From Octopus bimaculoides (lineage: Eukaryota): a DNA stretch of 64,000 bases. Each line of letters begins with the position of its first letter. Within the stretch, counting starts at the first letter, position 1. The stretch is taken from positions 10,792,121 to 10,856,120 of the forward strand of contig NC_068998.1 of the NCBI RefSeq assembly GCF_001194135.2, read 5' to 3'. Shown one piece after another: positions 11,209 to 23,091 of this stretch. The notes below the pieces were generated by a model that ran no database searches, was not told the DNA's origin, and saw only the letters and a list, made by a program, of their open reading frames with translations. A program made the position numbers and the translations under genes.

Positions 11209-12372
11209 GAATCTTGTTGGTATATTTCTCACTTATATTCTTGTAGCTGAGTGACAGAAATACAGTGAGAGCCACTTATTCTAATCACGTATAATGTTAA
11301 TAGGTTATTGTCATGAAATTTAGTCTTTTTACGGAAATCCTAGGTTGATTAAGTTAATTGTAAAGACAGGGTTATTGATATCGAATGACATTTGTCAATA
11401 AGGAATCAAAATAGGCGTCTTCAAATGTAAGGTTCACTAAAGCGCCATTAGCTACTTCGCCTTTGGCTCTTATGCTTCCTCTCCGGTAAACATTTCTACT
11501 TGTTTATTGTAGAAATTACCTGAAGATTTTTAAAAGAAACTTGCAACAAAACAACAAGGAATAGCATGCATAATCATACGAGTAATATTTCATATGAAAC
11601 AAGAAATAAACGAATATAAAATAACGACGAGACTCTTGTGAAATAAAATATCAATTATATTCTTCTAAAAATACATACAAAATATTTTGGAGATTGTTTT
11701 ACAAAATGTGAATGGGATGAATGAATAAATTATGAAAGTTCACAATGTTGTTGAACTGATACGAATGAGAATAATTTAAGAAATCACATAAAGTGATTTA
11801 GTATGAAAAGAGTACTGAGTAATAGATATATCACAGTATTTTATCAAATGTTGGTATGAGTGAATAAGATACTAGTCCATTTCTTCAATGGTAGGNNNNN
11901 NNNNNNNNNNNNNNNNNNNNNNNNNNNNNNNNNNNNNNNNNNNNNNNNNNNNNNNNNNNNNNNNNNNNNNNNNNNNNNNNNNNNNNNNNNNNNNNTTACT
12001 CGTATGTTTATGCATGCTATTCCTTGTTGTTTTGTTGCAAGTTTCATTTAAAAATCTTCAGGTAACTTCTACAATAAACAAGTAGATATGTTTACCGGAG
12101 AGGAAGCATAAGAGCCAAAGGCGAAGTAGCTAATGGCGCTTTAGTGAACCTTACATTTGAAGACGCCTATTTTGATTCCTTATTGACAAATGTCATTCGA
12201 TATCAATAACCCTGTCTTTACAATTAACTTAATCAACCTAGGATTTCCGTAAAAAGACTAAATTTCATGACAATAACCTATTAACATTATACGTGATTAG
12301 AATAAGTGGCTCTCACTGTATTTCTGTCACTCAGCTTCAAGAATATAAGTGAGAAATATACCAACAAGATTC
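11209..12372. repeat. 377-bp inverted repeat (11209-11585 / 11996-12372) spanning a 100-N gap
   Basis: Arms are reverse complements with about five substitutions. The right arm starts exactly at the gap edge. Confidence 0.85.
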
Positions 12373-12599
12373 AGATATCTTTCACAAGTAGAAATAACAT
12401 CTTCAAATTCCCGAATTTATATTGTAGAAAACTAGTGATTTTGTAATGTGAAATGTATTACAATTACTTTGATCTTCATCCTTAAACACAGGAATATTTT
12501 TGAAATGAAATATAGCTAATCGCATCTTTGTACATAGTGATTCTCGGTCAACGTTTTATTAGGAACATAACTTGATTCTGTGAAAAATCTTAGGAGTAC

Positions 12600-13283
12600 G
12601 TAAGATCTCTAGCGAAGCCCACCAAATTGATTAACAGGTGAAGGAGAGTTTGTGTTACTTCACCTATTCACCAAATGGTTTTGTGAAGCTGCCGACATCG
12701 TTAAAAGACATCTAATTATGTACCGCTCTCAACTGAATGTAGTTTCATCCCGAACACATCGATTCCCACCACATAACTTCTATAATGAATAACATTTGTT
12801 CACTAATATACGCCATCACATCACCCCACTCACCAACCTGCTACAGCAATCAATGTTATCGTTGCGACCGCATGCACATCTAGCATTTGTGTTCCCTTTC
12901 CCAGATCTATATATATCTAACACATCTGTTTTCCACACTGTTTCCGAATACACCTCTTTCAGCGAAATCGTTTCCGAATGCTTCTCGTGGATTTCCATTC
13001 TCTACTTAATGGTCATAATGCATCAGATATGCACGACACCAGAAAAGCTTTTCATCTACTTCGAGTGCACACCATGCAAAATGATGGTTCAGTAAATTCC
13101 AAGTCCATTCATATTTTAAACTTCACCCTCGCAGGGGCCTATACCCTCAAATTCTTTCTTGATTTTTTCACTACATTACAATTCAACCACCATATTTTAG
13201 CTTTGCAAGAATTTAATCTCAATATTCAACATTTTAAAGATAAAGACAATGTCATTGCGAATACACTATCTCGAGTCAGCTGA
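12600..13283 (+). mobile_element. Degenerate Ty3/Gypsy pol (RT-RNase H) relic
   Basis: ORF ends ILALQEFNLNIQHFKDKDNVIANTLSRV, matching the Gypsy RNase H C-terminal motif LALQEF...I.H..GK.NV.AD.LSR. The upstream part is decayed and its boundary approximate. Confidence 0.6.
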
Positions 13284-14013
13284 TTGTGACAGGATGTTAC
13301 ATATATTTGTATCCCTTATGCAGTTCTCATATTTTGTCATTGCAATTAAGGTTTTCACTGCGTTCAACTTTCTTCCTTTGAGAGGGAAAATGTAATGTAT
13401 ATCTATAATCAGTGCAAATGAGAAAATATAACGAAGGGAGAGAACTTAGAATGTTTTCAAAATCTGGTTGAGGGGAGATAAGCGTTTTGCGATGAGAGTT
13501 GAAATGACGTTGCCTAGACAACTGTTCTCTTTTTAACGGATTGGCGTTGATAGTAAAAATTTTTTAAAAAAAGATTAAAAGAGAGCTGCATACGGATCGG
13601 ACCGTTTACAACATATCTTTGAACAATCAAATACTGGACATTAAATTCTTTGGATATTTAACTTATTTGCAAATGGATCACTAAAATATCAAATATATCC
13701 TTTAATTGACTTATATAAAATACATTTTTGTTACATAATTTCATCCTTGAATGTTAATTCACTGATTTTACAATTTTGTTACTACGTTCAGAAGTTCATC
13801 TCTTTTTATACCTAAGAATTTGCCTGATCGTAACGACACATACATACATACACACACATACATACAAACATGAATGCATGTATGCATACATACATATTCT
13901 TTTTCGTTTCTCTATTGTTTGCCCAAAATTAAAAATGTTGGGTTTTCTATTCTTACCTTGACAATGATGAAACGTTTTTACAGTATGACAGCAGGATGGA
14001 AGATTCAAAATGA

Positions 14014-14350
14014 ATACTAATATTTGCAAGTGACAAAGCACTTCGACAGTTAAAACGGCACAGGAACTGGGTGGCAGATGGAACATTTAAGTGCAGCTCT
14101 GGTATATTTGTTTTGGTTATATATACTTCACATTAAAATTGATAATTTTGATGTCCCACAATTGTTTGCATTGCTCTCTGACAGAAGTCAAAACACATAT
14201 AGAAGACTTTTAACCAAAATAAATGACTTACTGCAGAATGAGGGACTTGGTGATATAATTATGGATTTCAAAAAAGCAGCACATAACAGATTTCTGGAAT
14301 CGTTTCTTGGGTCGAATTTGGCATGCTGCTCGTTTCATTTAGGACAAAAG
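14014..14350 (+). mobile_element. MULE/Mutator transposase relic (frameshifted)
   Basis: ILIFASDKALRQLKRHRNWVADGTFK, then FALLSDRSQNTYRRLL...IIMDFKKAAHN...LACCSFHLGQ (W.DGTFK, DFE-like and C.FH motifs of MULE DDE domains). Confidence 0.8.
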
Positions 14351-14382
14351 ACACCTTTCATTCTGCTTGCAGCACCAAGGTG

Positions 14383-14620
14383 AAGATGGTGGCCAAAATC
14401 ATGGTATTCAAAGATATTCCAAGGACACAGTGAGGAAGATATGTGCCTGGTTCTAGCAGAGTCTTGGGACTGTGGTGGAAGCAGAGGCCAGTTACTTTAA
14501 GTGAACTGTTATCTCACAGCTGTAGTCAAGCTGATATTTTTTGATTTTTCAAAATAATTTTATTTTTGAATGGGATATTGTATTTTCTTTTATGCAAACT
14601 GTCACATTTAGTCCAAATAT
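14383..14620 (+). mobile_element. Tc1/mariner-superfamily (maT-like) 3' fragment
   Basis: VRKICAWF*QSLGTVVEAEASYFK* resembles the C..FR.RLEAVVEA.GGYFE C-terminus of maT/Tc1-type transposases. Confidence 0.45.
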
Positions 14621-14660
14621 CTGTGTATGGTGTGTGTGTGTGTATGTATGTTTTCTATAT

Positions 14661-15259
14661 ATCAGGTTGAGTAAAAAGTAAGCAACGCTTTGAACTATGA
14701 AGAATTTGTACTGGATTTTTACAGAGGTTTGAATTTTTTTTTAAACATTTTTTTGAAATTGTCTAATAATAATACAGACATAGACTTGCCCAAATGTATC
14801 AATTAACATTGATATTATTTTCACCATTGTTACAATTATCTCAATGGAACTGTCAAAGCACAATATTCGAGCATTTTTGCTATTCAACTTCAAAGGACAT
14901 AAAGCAGCTGAAACTGGTCATGTTATCAACAAAATGTTTGGTGAGGAAATGGTTTAAACAATTTTGCAGTGGAGACCTGAACCTTGAAGAACATGAGCAT
15001 AGTGGATGCCCCTCTGTCATTAATGACGGTCAATTAAAGACCGTCATTGAGAAAGATTCACATAAAACCACTGGAGAGCTGGCAAAAGAACTTCAAGTTA
15101 ACCAGAAAACTGCCTGCAACCATTTGCATGTGATTGGAAAATCAAAAACTCTCGACAGATGGGTACCACATGATTTGAATGAAAATCAGAAAATGTGCAG
15201 ATATGAAATTTGCTCATCGCTTCTTCTCTGTAACCAGACTGATCCAATTCTTAACCGTC

Positions 15260-15260
<1 letters not shown>
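14661..15260 (+). mobile_element. Mariner transposon relic, 5' half
   Basis: TIR-like start ATCAGGTTGAGTAAAAAGTAA. ATG at 14844 gives MELSKHNIRAFLLFNFKGHKAAET, then KWFKQFCSGDLNLE...LAKEL...WVPHDLNENQK (mariner WVPHEL motif). Truncated at a (TA)n/SINE junction before the DD34D domain. Confidence 0.88.
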
Positions 15261-15303
<43 letters not shown>

Positions 15304-16655
15304 ATATGTTTGTGTGTCTGTGTTTGTCCCCCCAACTTTGCTTGACNNNNNNNNNNNNNNNNNNNNNNNNNNNNNNNNNNNNNNNNNNNNNNNNNNNNNN
15401 NNNNNNNNNNNNNNNNNNNNNNNNNNNNNNNNNNNNNNNNNNNNNNNNNNNNNNNNNNNNNNNNNNNNNNNNNNNNNNNNNNNNNNNNNNNNNNNNNNNN
15501 NNNNNNNNNNNNNNNNNNNNNNNNNNNNNNNNNNNNNNNNNNNNNNNNNNNNNNNNNNNNNNNNNNNNNNNNNNNNNNNNNNNNNNNNNNNNNNNNNNNN
15601 NNNNNNNNNNNNNNNNNNNNNNNNNNNNNNNNNNNNNNNNNNNNNNNNNNNNNNNNNNNNNNNNNNNNNNNNNNNNNNNNNNNNNNNNNNNNNNNNNNNN
15701 NNNNNNNNNNNNNNNNNNNNNNNNNNNNNNNNNNNNNNNNNNNNNNNNNNNNNNNNNNNNNNNNNNNNNNNNNNNNNNNNNNNNNNNNNNNNNNNNNNNN
15801 NNNNNNNNNNNNNNNNNNNNNNNNNNNNNNNNNNNNNNNNNNNNNNNNNNNNNNNNNNNNNNNNNNNNNNNNNNNNNNNNNNNNNNNNNNNNNNNNNNNN
15901 NNNNNNNNNNNNNNNNNNNNNNNNNNNNNNNNNNNNNNNNNNNNNNNNNNNNNNNNNNNNNNNNNNNNNNNNNNNNNNNNNNNNNNNNNNNNNNNNNNNN
16001 NNNNNNNNNNNNNNNNNNNNNNNNNNNNNNNNNNNNNNNNNNNNNNNNNNNNNNNNNNNNNNNNNNNNNNNNNNNNNNNNNNNNNNNNNNNNNNNNNNNN
16101 NNNNNNNNNNNNNNNNNNNNNNNNNNNNNNNNNNNNNNNNNNNNNNNNNNNNNNNNNNNNNNNNNNNNNNNNNNNNNNNNNNNNNNNNNNNNNNNNAAAA
16201 GTTGATTACATAACTTTAATAAGGTGGAGAATATTTGATGGAAGATGAAAAATAAAAAAATGTTTTTTTTTTAAAAATAATCAAAAGGGGCTTCAGCCAG
16301 GGTTTGTGGGCTGTTGCTGCTGCTTAATACTTAGTTTAGATTTTTATAAGATGACAGTAGCCTTCCAATGGAACATGGCTGAACTTACACATTATTTCCC
16401 TGGATGTTTTATTACTCAAATAGGTATTAAGCAATAATGGATACCCATTATAAAAAAAAAAAAACTAAAATAAAAAAANNNNNNNNNNNNNNNNNNNNNN
16501 NNNNNNNNNNNNNNNNNNNNNNNNNNNNNNNNNNNNNNNNNNNNNNNNNNNNNNNNNNNNNNNNNNNNNNNNNNNNNNNNNNNNNNNNNNNNNNNNNNNN
16601 NNNNNNNNNNNNNNNNNNNNNNNNNNNNNNNNNNNNNNNNNNNNNNNNNNNNNNN

Positions 16656-16686
<31 letters not shown>

Positions 16687-16758
16687 TAATTAGAGCTTAT
16701 TATTAACAATAACTCACATTAATACAGAAGGAAAATGTAGTGCTAGTGAGCTACATTT

Positions 16759-17924
16759 GAAATATTATTATGGAGGCAACACAGGCAAAATCTAGAACAT
16801 AATTGAAACAGGCATCCAAAATTTATATAAATACATATATTCTCTATAAAATGGAAATAAAATTCTAAAATACACAAATATATATAAATAGACAATATCA
16901 ATGCAATACATAAAACATGACTGAATTTACATAAAAACGATTGGATTTAAGAAAATATCATTTTTAAGTACATTTAAAATCATATATTGTATAATGAAAT
17001 TAAAAATTTAACTTGAAAAGATATACAGGGTGTCCACAAGGTCTGGGTACATGGAGTAAATAAAATCACAACATAAACAATTAAATATAAGAAATAATAA
17101 TTTCTTAAAGTATGTGTTAATCCCCATGTGGGTACATGGANNNNNNNNNNTGGAGTAAATAAAATCACAACATAAACAATTAAATATAAGAAATAATAAT
17201 TTCTTAAAGTATGTGTTAATCCCCATGTGGGTACATGGAGTAAATAAAATCACAACATAAACAATTAAATATACGAAATAATAATTACTTAAAGTAAGTG
17301 TTAATCCTCATGTACCCAGACTTTGTGGACACCCTGTAGTATTAAAAAGACATATTAAAAACCAATGAAAGAAAAAATATATAAACATCACATCTACAGG
17401 CCATTTCAGAGATGTGCCAAGGAATATGACATATACCATATTATTCATCATGGTACTCCCCTCATCAGGATGTTACACAAAGTTCATAAATACATCTAGA
17501 TACCAGGGCCGGTCAACCGTCAGCGGCGATGTAACATATGCCATGATGAATAATATGGTATATGTCATATTCCTTGGCACATCTCTGAAACGGCCCGTAG
17601 ATGTGATGGTTATATATTTTTTCTTTCGTTGGTTTTAATATGTCTTTAATACTATATCCTTTCAAGTTAAATTTTTAATTTCATCATACAATATATGATT
17701 TTAAATGTACTTAGAAATTATATTTTCTTAAATCCAATCGTTTTTATGTAAATTCAGTCATGTTTTATGCATTGCATTGATATTGTCTATTTATATATAT
17801 ATTTATGTATTTTGGAATTTTATTTCCATTTTATAGAGAATATATGTATTTATATAAGTTTTGGATGCGTGTTTTAATTATGTTCTTCTAGACTTCGTCT
17901 GTGTTGCCTCCATAATAATATTTC
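16759..17924. repeat. Foldback element: arms of about 380-390 bp, 87-bp spacer (17454-17540)
   Basis: 16759-17025 plus 17339-17453 is the reverse complement of 17541-17924 with scattered substitutions. Confidence 0.85.
17026..17336. mobile_element. Tc1/mariner-type MITE inserted in the left foldback arm
   Basis: 28-bp TIRs CAGGGTGTCCACAA(G/A)GTCTGGGTACATG flanked by a TA duplication. The opposite arm retains the empty site with a single TA. Internal ~85-bp repeats span a 10-N gap. Confidence 0.88.
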
Positions 17925-18043
17925 GTATATATATCTAAATATATACACACACACATATATATGTATATATATATATATATATATATCTACACATATATAT
18001 ATATATATATATATANNNNNNNNNNNNNNNNNNNNNTATATCT

Positions 18044-18087
<44 letters not shown>

Positions 18088-18931
18088 GTTTCTACATATA
18101 TACATACATACACATATGTATATATACACGTATATATATACATATATATATATAATGAGCTGGTGGGAAATTTTCATGATAGAAGAATATCAAGGAACTG
18201 ATAGTTGCTTTCATATAATATTACTGAAAGAATTATCTTGAGTTGGTTTGACAAAAGCGTCCAAGAGACCAAAGCTATTATCTCCTTATACAGTAACAGA
18301 AACCCTGCTAGGGAAATTATAACTCAAACATGATAGCTAAGAATGGATACAGTTTTATTATCCAAGCACAAAGTTCAAAAAAAAAAAAAAAAAAAATCAA
18401 AGCCTAAAACAAAAAAAAGTGGTGTAAGGTGGAATGTGGTTAAGAACAAATACCAGTGGTTGGGTAAAATCAAAACAAAACAAAAAAAAAAAAGAGAAAG
18501 GAACAATAGAAAAATAAAAAAATACAAACAAAAGGGGGGGAAGATAAAAACTAGAAGATAACTAAGTTTTTAATGGTAGCTAAAAAAATGTAACAAAAAT
18601 AAAAATAAAATCCAAAGATTTTTTTAGGGAGAAATTCAGTTAAGAGAGTAAAAAAAGTTATTTTGCAGCATAGCTGTGGTAGAACAGTCTGGAAGAAGTG
18701 TTGTTAGATGTAGGGTGACAAGTGCTATTGGTTAGGTGCCACTCACAGTCGCTACATCAATACACTAGAGAAAGGCAAGCTAACAGGACTGATCAAATGC
18801 ATTTTTCATTGTAAAAATTTTGTATTATAGGGAACAAAAAAAAAAAAAAATTTCAAAAACATATTTCATCTTATTTACATATGTATTTAAAAGTTTGCCA
18901 TGATGTTGTTATTATTTTTTAATTTAAAAAA

Positions 18932-18937
18932 TTTATT
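18932..18937 (-). promoter_or_regulatory. Possible polyadenylation signal of ADAM10
   Basis: AATAAA on the minus strand about 210 nt after the stop codon, in U-rich sequence; not unique. Confidence 0.25.
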
Positions 18938-19148
18938 TTCATTTTACATTCAAATGTTCAGATTTTAATGTGTTTTTTTTTTGTTCTTTTTTTTTCCAAC
19001 CAAGACATTCTTTCAATAGCAGAAGCTTAGCAAATTAACTTATATCTTTCATTGCTTTTTTTTTTTTCAAATTTTTAATTACAAAATAGGTAGGGGATGG
19101 GAGAAGAAAAAAAAACTAAAAAAAAAAAAAAAAGGAAGGATGTTTAAC

Positions 19149-19301
19149 TTAAGATCTTGGGAAATGTCTCATTTCCATTTTTCCACGAGCACCACCTTTT
19201 GATTTTGGTCCTTTGTAATCTTGGGAATCATAGCGTGGGCCTCTGCCATGTCCAATATGTGGCCCTGAGTAATTATCACCAGGATAGGGAGGCGGAGGCT
19301 G
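19149..19301 (-). CDS. ADAM10: ADAM10 terminal coding exon (cytoplasmic tail)
   Basis: Poly-T tract then TAG|CAG acceptor; QPPPPYPGDNYSGPHIGHGRGPRYDSQDYKGPKSKGGARGKMEMRHFPRS-TAA; phase 0 matches the previous exon. Confidence 0.75.
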   Translation of the reverse strand, partial: QPPPPYPGDNYSGPHIGHGRGPRYDSQDYKGPKSKGGARGKMEMRHFPRS

Positions 19302-19544
19302 CTAAAAAAAAAAGAACAAAAAAAAAGTTAATTTTCTTGAAACTGATTTCACACGCAAAGATCAACATGTATGATGCTTACAAATTGGAAGTAGATTTAT
19401 TCACAGATATAAGATAATTAAGTGGATTTATTTATTCATATATATAGTTATAAGATAATTAAAATGAAGTTAGAAACAAAATTGTGTTAGTCAATGGATC
19501 GCACAAACGAAACTAAATAAACACCTACTGGCATAGACTAAATT

Positions 19545-19980
19545 TGTAGACTGGCACCCATGCCAACGTCTCTTCATTCAACACTAAACTCGGCTTGCGA
19601 AGACCTGTTGGGGCAAGCGAAAGCAAAATCGTGATGGCACCTGTACCAGTAGATCACTAAGAGCACCGTCCGAGCGTGATTGTTGCCAGAGCACCAGCTG
19701 TCTGGCTTCCGTGCCAGGGGCACGTAAATAGCACCATTTGAGTGTGATCAATTACCAACATCGCCCTCCTGGCACGTGAAAAGACATTCGAGCGAATTTG
19801 TTGGCAGTGCCGCTGGACTGGCTCCTGTGCAGGTGGCACGTAAAATACACCATTTCAAGCATGACTGTTGCNNNNNNNNNNCGTAAAATACACCATTTCA
19901 AGCATGACTGTTGCCAGTACCTCCTGACTGGCCTTCGTGCCGGTGGCACATAAAAGCACCCACTTCATGCCAGCAAGGAA
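19545..19980 (+). mobile_element. Interspersed repeat with ~60-bp internal subrepeats (family also at 56548-57020, minus strand)
   Basis: Reverse-complement similarity to 56548-57020 and 22484-22760 (GGCACGTAAAA..CACC units). Confidence 0.7.
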
Positions 19981-21099
19981 AAGTAAATGTAAAGGCGAAT
20001 AAATGATGAGTGTATAGGTGAATGTGTGTATATGTAAGTTGGGCAGACAACAGTTATGTAGCCATACAGCATGAGCCAATACAAAGAAATTGACACATGT
20101 GGAGCTGTCAGGTGTATGTACATAACATATGGAAATATGTGGCTTAGTGGTTAGGGTGTTGGACTGATGAATGTAAGACTGTGATTTCAATTCCTGGACC
20201 AGGCAACGTGTTGTGTTCTTGAGCAAAACACTTCATTTCACGTTGCTCCAGTCCACTTAGAGGGTAAAAATGAGTAAACTTGCGATGGATCAGCATCCCA
20301 TCCAGGCGGGGACTATATATGCCATGGAAACCGGGAAACTGGCCCTTATGAGTCAGCATGACCCAAGAAGGTAACCTTTTTTTTTATGTAACATATCATC
20401 ATCATCATCATCATTTAACATCTGTTTTCCATGCTAGCATAGGCTGAATGGTTTGGCAGAAGCTGACAAGGCAGGGAGCCATACCAGTCTCCTCTGTGTT
20501 TTGGCATGGTTTCTACAGCTGGATGCCCTTAACAGTAATTCTACACATATTTACCAAAACAATATTAGGAAAAAAAGAGGAGGTAAAATAATGATATTTT
20601 AAAATACACATTATTCAAGAAACTTTAGTGCTGTGCAAATATTGCAAAACATCAAAAATCTGCAGGAAATTCTACAAAATATTTACTATGTGAGAGAGAG
20701 AGAGAGCGAGTAAGTGGGGGTGGGGCAGTAAATGCTGGTAGAAACACCTTAAGATAGCTACATTGCTATAACTATTTTGCTTAAGGAAATATGTTGACTC
20801 CAAAAATAATAATGAATTAAGATATTTACGTATGGCTGGATTCATATTGTAAATGAAAACTAAGTGCCTATGACCAAGCAGAATATCTTTGGTAAAACAG
20901 GATGAGTTGGTAAAACTAAAAGGTACAAGTAAAGTCGACAACTAAGGCGGGGTTGTCTGTGTAATATTGTCTTACTTGCACAATTTCAGAACAGCTATAA
21001 AATATAACTGTAAATAAACGAAACTAATCAAAGAATTTTTCAGTAATGCGGATCCAATAAATTAGTATAAAATCTGCGACCATCATAACGTTGACATAC

Positions 21100-21273
21100 A
21101 TGGTGTCTAGCAGACATTGGCCTGTTCTGAAGGCGATTTGAAGGCAGACTGAGTTTTCTGGCAGCCGGCTTGCGTGGATTGCTGCTGGGAGTGTGCACAG
21201 CGCAGACTTTGATAAATGCAGCCATGAACAAGACCAATCCTATACACATTAACATTACAGCCCACCAGTGAAC
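21100..21273 (-). CDS. ADAM10: ADAM10 exon: TM helix and juxtamembrane tail
   Basis: TTTCAG|VHWWAVMLMCIGLVLFMAAFIKVCAVHTPSSNPRKPAARKLSLPSNRLQNRPMSARHH|GTATGT; 174 nt, phase 0/0. Confidence 0.92.
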
Positions 21274-21437
21274 CTGAAATTAAACATTTGAAAAATTGAT
21301 TTAAAAATTGTACAAAACCAAAATTTGAGAATTCATAGAACAAAACTTTCACAAGATTATAACACTGAAAACAAAAACAAAATAATTATTAAATTTGTAA
21401 TATATATGCAACGCAACAGATAATTTTATTTTATATA

Positions 21438-21862
21438 CATGGGTTGGACAAAATAATGGAAGCATCATAGCATCATAACTTTGAAATATCTATGAAACAG
21501 TCAAAAGCTTGTTTATTTTAATGTTTTTTGACTTATTATAGTGTTTCTTAATATGTTTTGATAAAACTGCTGTTTCTTCTCAGGTATCATCAGGAAAAGG
21601 TAATTAAAATGACAGATCTATCGGACTTTCAAACAGGTTAAATTGTTGGTGCTGATACAGCAGGCACTAGCATAATGAAAACAACCGAAATGTTTGGTGT
21701 ATCAAGAAGTGGAGACTGTTTTAGCTGAAGAATGGATAAAAATTCCTTTGGAAACAATTCAAACTTTGTACGAGTCCATACTTCATAGAATTCAACCTAC
21801 CCCATATTAAAATAAATTTGTTTGAAATTTTAAGGTGTTTCTATTATTTTGTCCAACTCCTG
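21438..21862 (+). mobile_element. Internally deleted Tc1-like element
   Basis: TIRs CATGGGTTGGACAAAATAATGGAAGCA / revcomp CAGGAGTTGGACAAAATAATAGAAACA with TA on both sides. Inside: N-terminal MTDLSDFQTG*IVGA...MFGVSRS fused to C-terminal EEWIKIPLETIQTLYESI. Confidence 0.85.
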
Positions 21863-22034
21863 TATTTGTCATTTTATACACACACACACACACACACACA
21901 GTTTGACTTGGTTCCATATCAAAGTTCTCAGGGTATAAAAAAGAAACTTCAAGTAACGTGGAGCTGAGTAAAACTGTTAAATACTTGTAACTTCAACACT
22001 AAATGTGTTAAGTGCTACTTTCTTTCATTTGCTT

Positions 22035-22069
<35 letters not shown>

Positions 22070-22125
22070 TGTGTATGCACATATATACTTTACATAAAGC
22101 AGCTTAAACAAAAAGTAATACATAC

Positions 22126-22265
22126 AATAATCCATTCTCTGATTGTTTGAAGAGTTTCAGGGTTAAATATCAAATTCTTCAAACGAGCCAGGGGTCCTTC
22201 CGCATCTACTCGTCGACATCGATGGAAGACATCACAGTAGCCACGGAAGTTATCACATGGAGATC
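22126..22265 (-). CDS. ADAM10: ADAM10 exon: end of Cys-rich domain and stalk
   Basis: AACAG|(G)[46 protein letters not shown]|GTATGT; 140 nt, phase 1/0. Confidence 0.95.
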
Positions 22266-22483
22266 CTGTTAAGAGAAATGACATAACAGATGGAACTAAA
22301 TGCTCAGAAACAATTACCTTTAATATTTGTAAACCTATATATAACAGACACACAAACAGGTCAAACTTCCCTATTTCTTTGGAGATTGAAAAAATGACGG
22401 CCTTAACCCTTTAGCATTCAGATTGCTCTGTTAAATATAGTGATTATTTATTCACATTGTTATGAATACATGATTCACATTCA

Positions 22484-22760
22484 TCATCATCATCATCGTT
22501 TAACGTCCGCTTTCCATGCTAGCATGGGTTGGACGATTTGACTGAGGACTGGTGAAACCAGATGGTTACACCAGGCTCCAATCTGATTTGGCAGAGTTTC
22601 TACAGCTGGATGCCCTTCCTAACGCCAACCACTCTGAGAGTGTAGTGGGTGCTTTTACGTGTCATCCGCACGAAGGCCAGTCAGGCGGAACTGGCAACAG
22701 CCACGCTCAAAATGGTGTATTTTATGTGCCACCCACACAAGAGCCAGTCCATGAGCACTA
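22484..22760 (-). mobile_element. SINE/RTE-tail-like repeat with (GAT)n tail
   Basis: Plus strand CATCATCATCGTTTAACGTCCGCTTTCCATGCTAGCATGGG...; near-identical copies at 24340-24430, 27163-27420, 41170-41240, 56548-57020 and 63766-64000. Confidence 0.8.
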
Positions 22761-22959
22761 TCATTCATTATCTTGCAACTCCAAGAATTTGATTGAGTCA
22801 TTGTGTATGTTTAAAATGACTTGTTGTAGGACAGATGGGAAAGGCCAGATCTGTCTGGTCCAAACATAACACATAGAATATTTGGGCCAGATTAAATGCT
22901 AAAGGATTAAAGTAACGTATGAAACAAACAGAAGTGATTCAATCAGAATATTTACTTAC

Positions 22960-23091
22960 CTGCCGGAAGTTTCAATGGAGCATAGTCAATATTTTGGTTT
23001 ATTTCTCTAAGTAGATTGTGAAATTGTATATTTTCAGGTCGTTTAACCTTGTCTTTATCTTTAGAGCTAATGCATTCTTTTCCTGTCTTGG
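22960..23091 (-). CDS. ADAM10: ADAM10 exon: Cys-rich domain
   Basis: TTTCAG|(T)KTGKECISSKDKDKVKRPENIQFHNLLREINQNIDYAPLKLPA(G)|GTAAGT; 132 nt, phase 1/1. Confidence 0.82.

Noticed and set aside
15179-16213. Long ORFs (200-366 aa) in the track here and at 31343-32109, 49592-50257 and 58539-59690
   Set aside because: They are N-gap and (TA)n/(TG)n read-throughs (X and YIYI runs) with no coding signal.
17051-17310. Three ~85-bp tandem units inside the MITE
   Set aside because: The first two flank a 10-N gap and are identical, as expected for unmerged contig overlaps; copy number is unreliable.
17051-17310. CRISPR-like or prokaryotic system
   Set aside because: Repeats lack unique spacers and there are no cas or other prokaryotic genes; the window is intron-rich animal DNA.
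19840-19915. 33-bp direct repeat either side of an 11-N gap
   Set aside because: Typical scaffolding overlap artefact.
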